Translations under genes and position numbers: made by a program
Part shown: in pieces, positions 27,612-32,000 of the stretch
How positions within the stretch are numbered: the stretch's first letter is position 1
Layout of the letters: each line of letters starts with the position of its first letter
DNA from: Pseudomonadota bacterium
Lineage (GTDB): Bacteria; Pseudomonadota; Alphaproteobacteria; RF32; CAG-239
Assembly: GCA_918234285.1 (NCBI GenBank)
Contig: CAKJXZ020000010.1
Coordinates: forward strand, 41,452 to 73,451
Length of the DNA: 32,000 nucleotides
Reading direction: 5' to 3'
The notes under the pieces: generated by a model
Told to the model about the DNA's origin: nothing
Database searches by the model: none
What the model saw: only the letters and a program-made list of their open reading frames with translations

Positions 27612-30242
27612 TTATGCAACCATTTGTTTTATGGCGGCAATGGCATCGCTTATTTTTTCTACATCGGTGCCGCCGGCCTGTGCCATATCGGGACGTCCGC
27701 CGCCACCCTGACCGCCGAGAACACCGGCCGCTGCCCGCACCATATCAACCGCGTTATATTTGCCGGTCAAGTCTTTGCTGACCCCGACAACTACCGAGGC
27801 TTTGCCGTCTTTATCAGAGCACAAAACCACCACACCGGAGCCGATTTTTTGCGTAATATCGTCAACAAATGCCTTCAGTTCTTTCGGGTGGGCATCCGGT
27901 ACCAATTTGCCGACAAATTTAACACCGTTAACGGTTTCTACCTCGTCTTTAGCCGAAGATTGACCACCGGCCAGACTTCTCTTTAAATTAAAGATTTCAG
28001 CTTCAAGTTTTTTGCGTTCTTCAAGCAATCCGGCGATTCTGGCTTCCAAATCATTTATATTGGTTTTCAAGCCGTTGGCCGCCGCATGCAACTTATCTTC
28101 CAAAAAGCGTACATAAGAATCCGCACCGCAACCGGTTACACATTCCAAACGGCGTACACCGGCTGCCACGGCAGATTCCGATAAAATATGGAAGTAGCCG
28201 ATATTGCCGGTAGAGCTGACGTGAGTTCCGCCGCAAAGTTCGCGTGAGAACGGGGCTTTTTCATCGCCCATGGTAACCACGCGCACATCTTCACCGTATT
28301 TCTCGTCAAACAAAGCCATGGCACCGAGGGCAACCGCTTCGTCTTTATTCATAATCACGGTGTTGACTTTCAAATCGTTGCGAATTTGCTCGTTGACGAT
28401 ATCTTCTACCTTGCGGATTTGTTCGGTAGTAATCTGTTTCGGGTGAGAAATATCAAAACGCATTCTACCGGCTTCAACCGCCGAACCTTTTTGTGCCACG
28501 TGGTCACCCAACACGATTTTTAAAGCTTTATGAGCCAAGTGGGTTACCGAGTGGTTGGCACAAATTTGCGAGCGATTTTCTCTGTTGACCTCAAAGTTGG
28601 CAAATTCACCGACTTTTACCGTACCGCTCTGCAATTCACAGACATGAGCATATAAATCGTTCAACTTGGGTTTGCAATCGATGACCTTGGCGGTAAAGTT
28701 TTTGGATACGATTGTGCCGATATCGCCGACTTGGCCGCCGCGTTCGGCATAAAACGGAGTTTGGTTGGCTACCAACTCGAATTTACCGGAAGTTATTTCG
28801 TTTACTTCTTTGTCATCTTGTACCAAAGCTTTGATTTCGCCATCGGTTTTTAAGGTGTTGTAGCCCAAAAATTCGGTAGCACCGCATTTATCTTTGATAC
28901 CGTACCAAACTTTGGCCACACCTTCGTCGCCGGAGCCGGCCCAGTTTTTACGCGCTTCGGCTTTTTGTTTTTCCATGCAGGCATTGAAGCCTTCGACATC
29001 AACTTCGAGATTTCTGCCCTTGAGCGCATCCTGAGTCAAATCAAGCGGAAAACCGTAAGTATCATAGAGTCTGAACGCGGTTTCGCCGCTGAGTTTGGCA
29101 CCGGAAGACAGTTTAGAAATTTCATCATCAAGCAGCTTCAAACCTTTATCTAAGGTGCGACCGAAACGTTCTTCTTCGATTTCGATGGTTTCTTTAATCA
29201 GAGTTTCACGAGCATAAAGTTCCGGATAGGCATCGCCCATTTCTTTCTGCAGTGTCGGCAACAGCTTATAAATCATCGGCTCTTTGACACCGAGCATATA
29301 GGCGTGGCGCATGGCACGACGCATAATGCGGCGTAATACATAGCCGCGACCCTCATTGGACGGCAACACCCCGTCGGCGATTAAAAAGCTGATGGCGCGC
29401 AGATGGTCGGCAATTACGTTGTGGGAAGCCTTGAGCGGGCCGTTCGGGTCGGTATTGGCAATATCGGCAATTGCTTTAATCAGGTGTTGGAACATATCGG
29501 TTTCAAAGTTGGAGTGAACACCCTGCAAAATTGCGGCAATGCGTTCCAAACCCATACCGGTATCGATTGACGGGCGTTTTAAGTTGATGCGCGAGCCGTC
29601 CGGTAAATCTTCAAATTGGTCAAATACGAGGTTCCAAATTTCAATAAATCGGTCGCCGTCTTCTTCCGGAGTCCCCGGCAGACCGCCCCAAACCTCCGGA
29701 CCATGGTCATAAAAAATTTCGGAACACGGACCGCACGGGCCGGTATCGCCCATTTGCCAGAAGTTATCTTTGGTGGCAATACGGATAATACGGTCTTCCG
29801 GCAAGCCGGAAACCTTCTTCCAGATATCGTGTGCTTCGTCGTCGTTATGATAAATCGTAACCGCCAGCTTTTCTTTCGGCAGGCCGAATTCTTTGGTCAG
29901 CAATTCCCATGCGTACGGAATGGCGTAATCTTTGAAATAATCGCCAAACGAAAAGTTACCGAGCATTTCGAAAAACGTATGGTGGCGTACATCGTAACCC
30001 ACACTGTCCAAATCGTTGTGTTTGCCGCCGGCGCGCACGCTTTTTTGTGCGGTGGCCGCTCGGGTATAATCGCGGGTTTCGTTGCCGGCCAGAATGTTTT
30101 TAAACTGTACCATGCCGGAATTGGTAAACATCAAAGTCGGATCGTTATCCGGCACCAAAGATGATGACGGAACTATTTTGTGGCCGTTTTTCTCGAAATA
30201 ATCGAGGAACGTTTTGCGAATTTCATTTACACCGATTGTCAT
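27612..30242 (-). CDS. alaS: Alanine--tRNA ligase
   Basis: [89 protein letters not shown]. Confidence 0.98.
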   Translation of the reverse strand: MTIGVNEIRKTFLDYFEKNGHKIVPSSSLVPDNDPTLMFTNSGMVQFKNILAGNETRDYTRAATAQKSVRAGGKHNDLDSVGYDVRHHTFFEMLGNFSFGDYFKDYAIPYAWELLTKEFGLPKEKLAVTIYHNDDEAHDIWKKVSGLPEDRIIRIATKDNFWQMGDTGPCGPCSEIFYDHGPEVWGGLPGTPEEDGDRFIEIWNLVFDQFEDLPDGSRINLKRPSIDTGMGLERIAAILQGVHSNFETDMFQHLIKAIADIANTDPNGPLKASHNVIADHLRAISFLIADGVLPSNEGRGYVLRRIMRRAMRHAYMLGVKEPMIYKLLPTLQKEMGDAYPELYARETLIKETIEIEEERFGRTLDKGLKLLDDEISKLSSGAKLSGETAFRLYDTYGFPLDLTQDALKGRNLEVDVEGFNACMEKQKAEARKNWAGSGDEGVAKVWYGIKDKCGATEFLGYNTLKTDGEIKALVQDDKEVNEITSGKFELVANQTPFYAERGGQVGDIGTIVSKNFTAKVIDCKPKLNDLYAHVCELQSGTVKVGEFANFEVNRENRSQICANHSVTHLAHKALKIVLGDHVAQKGSAVEAGRMRFDISHPKQITTEQIRKVEDIVNEQIRNDLKVNTVIMNKDEAVALGAMALFDEKYGEDVRVVTMGDEKAPFSRELCGGTHVSSTGNIGYFHILSESAVAAGVRRLECVTGCGADSYVRFLEDKLHAAANGLKTNINDLEARIAGLLEERKKLEAEIFNLKRSLAGGQSSAKDEVETVNGVKFVGKLVPDAHPKELKAFVDDITQKIGSGVVVLCSDKDGKASVVVGVSKDLTGKYNAVDMVRAAAGVLGGQGGGGRPDMAQAGGTDVEKISDAIAAIKQMVA

Positions 30243-30385
30243 TTTATTTCCTTAATTTTAAGCTTAAAATTTTCTCACTGACGCGCAGATTATAACAAAC
30301 TTTGGCGCTTGTCTATATTTATTTACAAAAAAATATTGACAAATTACACAAATGCGCTATAAAACCGTCAACAAATCTTATGATT

Positions 30386-30871
30386 ATGGTAAAAAGAATA
30401 ATTATTTTGGCAGTTTGCTTTATGCTCTCTGCCGTCGCCGCTTCCGCTCAGCGCGACAAGTTTTTTATTGAGCGTGATTCAGTGAAAATTGCCGTAAAGG
30501 ACGCCCCGAGGTCTGAACATCAGCGTTTTTTGTACGGTCTGTACAAAGACGGTAAAGAGCTTCTTCCCATGGTTTATGATATGGTTGAGGAGCGCTCCGT
30601 TAAGCTGATGGCCTTCTTTAAGGATACGGAGATTTTGGTCTACGACACAGACGGAACTTTGGTAGACAAAGCTGTTTTGGAGTTCCCGATTGATCGCCAC
30701 TCCTTTGTGCGATTTGAGGAAATTGATGGCCGCCGCGGTATAAGCGCGTATGAGCTGGTGGTATATTACAACGACAACGATTGGATATATCAACCCATAG
30801 GCACTTACTACCGGAAAGGTCGCCATCTCTACAGAGTTATCATTACCACCGAATTGGAGCTGATAAAGTAA
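30386..30871 (+). CDS. Small secreted/periplasmic hypothetical protein
   Basis: From the internal ATG at 30386: MVKRIIILAVCFMLSAVAASA-Q, a signal-peptide-like N-terminus. The track start at 30302 is too far upstream. Confidence 0.7.
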   Translation: MVKRIIILAVCFMLSAVAASAQRDKFFIERDSVKIAVKDAPRSEHQRFLYGLYKDGKELLPMVYDMVEERSVKLMAFFKDTEILVYDTDGTLVDKAVLEFPIDRHSFVRFEEIDGRRGISAYELVVYYNDNDWIYQPIGTYYRKGRHLYRVIITTELELIK

Positions 30872-30875
30872 GGAT

Positions 30876-30910
30876 AAAAGGTCGGAGTTGCTTCCGACCT
30901 TTTGTTTTTT
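30876..30910 (+). terminator. Rho-independent terminator
   Basis: AAAAGGTCGGA-gttgct-TCCGACCTTTT-gTTTTTTT directly after the stop codon at 30871. Confidence 0.88.
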
Positions 30911-31045
30911 TGGTGAATAATCGGGAAATATATCAGTATTTTAGAGGCTTATGTCGCAGAATCAAAAAAGTAAAAAAAATACTGGAAAAATTAAAAAAAA
31001 TATGCTACAATCAAAAGAAGTGTAGGGACTTTCAAAGGGAATGCT

Positions 31046-32000
31046 ATGTATATTTGGATATTATTGGCAACGATTATGGTCGCTTTGAGCTTTTTCAACG
31101 TTGCGCCGCGCGCCGATAAGGAGCACGCACTCAACGAGATTAAGGCTGCCACGGTTGTTAACCGTTTCAAAGCGGAGCATGTGGCTATGCTGCGTAATAT
31201 TGAGTGTGAAATAATATTACGACGAAATGACCAGTATTGGGACGGCGCAGATGATACAAATCCGACTAGCGCGTCAGGACCGGTGAGAGTCACCAACTCT
31301 ACCAGCTTTATAGCAGAAGGATTAAAAGCCTATACCAAATTTGAAGATCATTTACCTGTGGGATATATGCAAGGTAATAACCGTAAGGACGGCACCGGGC
31401 AAAATTATTCAATCAGCCAAAAAGAGCATTATGTGTATTGTTTGGATAAGCCGGCCGAAAGTACAATATCCGACGCATCAGCCGGACAATATTCCGGCAA
31501 CTTTATTTCGTGTCGTACTACGGCAACAGGATCCAATATCGGATACAACCGCTATTTAGTGTCGGTTATGCCGATAAAAGACCGCTGGGTAACCAAAGAT
31601 GGCAGTAAAAAACCTTTGCCGATTCTTACAAATATATTAGCAAAAAATCCGAGCAGAACCGCAAAATTGGGGTGGAGCGAGTGTGATGAAAGCGGCTGTG
31701 TGTTGCATGGAATGGGGGCTCATGCCGTGCGCTTGGAATATACGGATCATGATGAATTTGGGAACTTAAAACAAGAATTGCACCATGTTATTTTGTCTTC
31801 GCAGTCTAAGATTTGGGATAATCCGATTTTTAAGACCAGCGGCATGTGTTATGATAATACCTGTTTGTTTGCTTATGAACAAATACCGGTGGCAGATACA
31901 GCTTGTCACTGTGAAAACTTAATCAGAGAAGCAAGCGGTCAGCCGCGATTGACCACGGAAGAATGTTATCCGGTGCCACCACCGCCGGAACAGAATCCGT
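31046..32000 (+). CDS. Cys-rich exported-type hypothetical protein, 3' partial (runs off the window)
   Basis: Open frame from the ATG at 31046 to the window end, absent from the ORF track because no stop is reached: MYIWILLATIMVALSFFNVAPRADKEHALNEIKAATVVNRFKAEHVAMLRNIECEI...CDESGC...GMCYDNTCLFAYEQ...TACHCENL...CYPVPPPPEQNP. Shine-Dalgarno AAAGGGA. Confidence 0.7.
   Translation, partial: MYIWILLATIMVALSFFNVAPRADKEHALNEIKAATVVNRFKAEHVAMLRNIECEIILRRNDQYWDGADDTNPTSASGPVRVTNSTSFIAEGLKAYTKFEDHLPVGYMQGNNRKDGTGQNYSISQKEHYVYCLDKPAESTISDASAGQYSGNFISCRTTATGSNIGYNRYLVSVMPIKDRWVTKDGSKKPLPILTNILAKNPSRTAKLGWSECDESGCVLHGMGAHAVRLEYTDHDEFGNLKQELHHVILSSQSKIWDNPIFKTSGMCYDNTCLFAYEQIPVADTACHCENLIREASGQPRLTTEECYPVPPPPEQNP

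Noticed and set aside
27543-27986. ORFs 27543..27986, 29616..30164 and similar + strand ORFs over alaS
   Set aside because: Antisense to a clearly coding alaS; composition typical of shadow frames.
30951-31025. Mini-ORF MSQNQKSKKNTGKIKKNMLQSKEV with AGAGG upstream
   Set aside because: Lys/Asn-rich and likely just AT-rich leader sequence containing the promoter of the next gene; too little evidence.
1-32000. Searched for transposases, integrases, restriction/toxin-antitoxin or defence genes, CRISPR arrays and prophage genes
   Set aside because: None recognisable; content is core housekeeping plus a few orphan genes.

Overview
This 32 kb window is a low-GC chromosomal segment, most likely from an alphaproteobacterium. 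That guess rests on gene content and order (dnaQ-coaE, rho, Smr, MltA, Tim44-like, SecB). It is almost entirely core housekeeping. Left part: dnaQ, coaE, an AT-rich intergenic region, rho, smr, mltA, tim44-like, secB, trmL, an unknown 348-aa protein, dgkA, two short unknown proteins, two near-identical tRNA-Val genes (CAC and GAC anticodons), a HTH regulator, trmB and a ribbon-helix-helix-like gene. Middle: an almost complete S10-spc ribosomal protein cluster, rpsJ to rplO, on +. Right part: rpoA, rpsK, rpsM, adk and secY on -, so the distal half of the usual spc/alpha cluster is inverted and converges on the proximal half, with no rplQ at the junction. These are followed by a membrane-like unknown protein, alaS, a small secreted protein and a Cys-rich exported-type ORF that runs off the end. 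I found no mobile element, CRISPR array, defence island or clearly new multi-gene system. The best leads are non-coding: (1) an oriC-like interval between coaE and rho with three TTATNCACA DnaA boxes; (2) a structured S10 leader with a terminator-like hairpin directly before rpsJ; (3) a ~106-nt compound hairpin between rpmD and rplO with a possible alternative fold; (4) the inverted secY-rpoA block; (5) a possible small RNA with its own terminator next to rpoA; (6) an unannotated 45-aa small protein gene with promoter and terminator. All positions and pairings were read by hand, and no database search or folding program was run.
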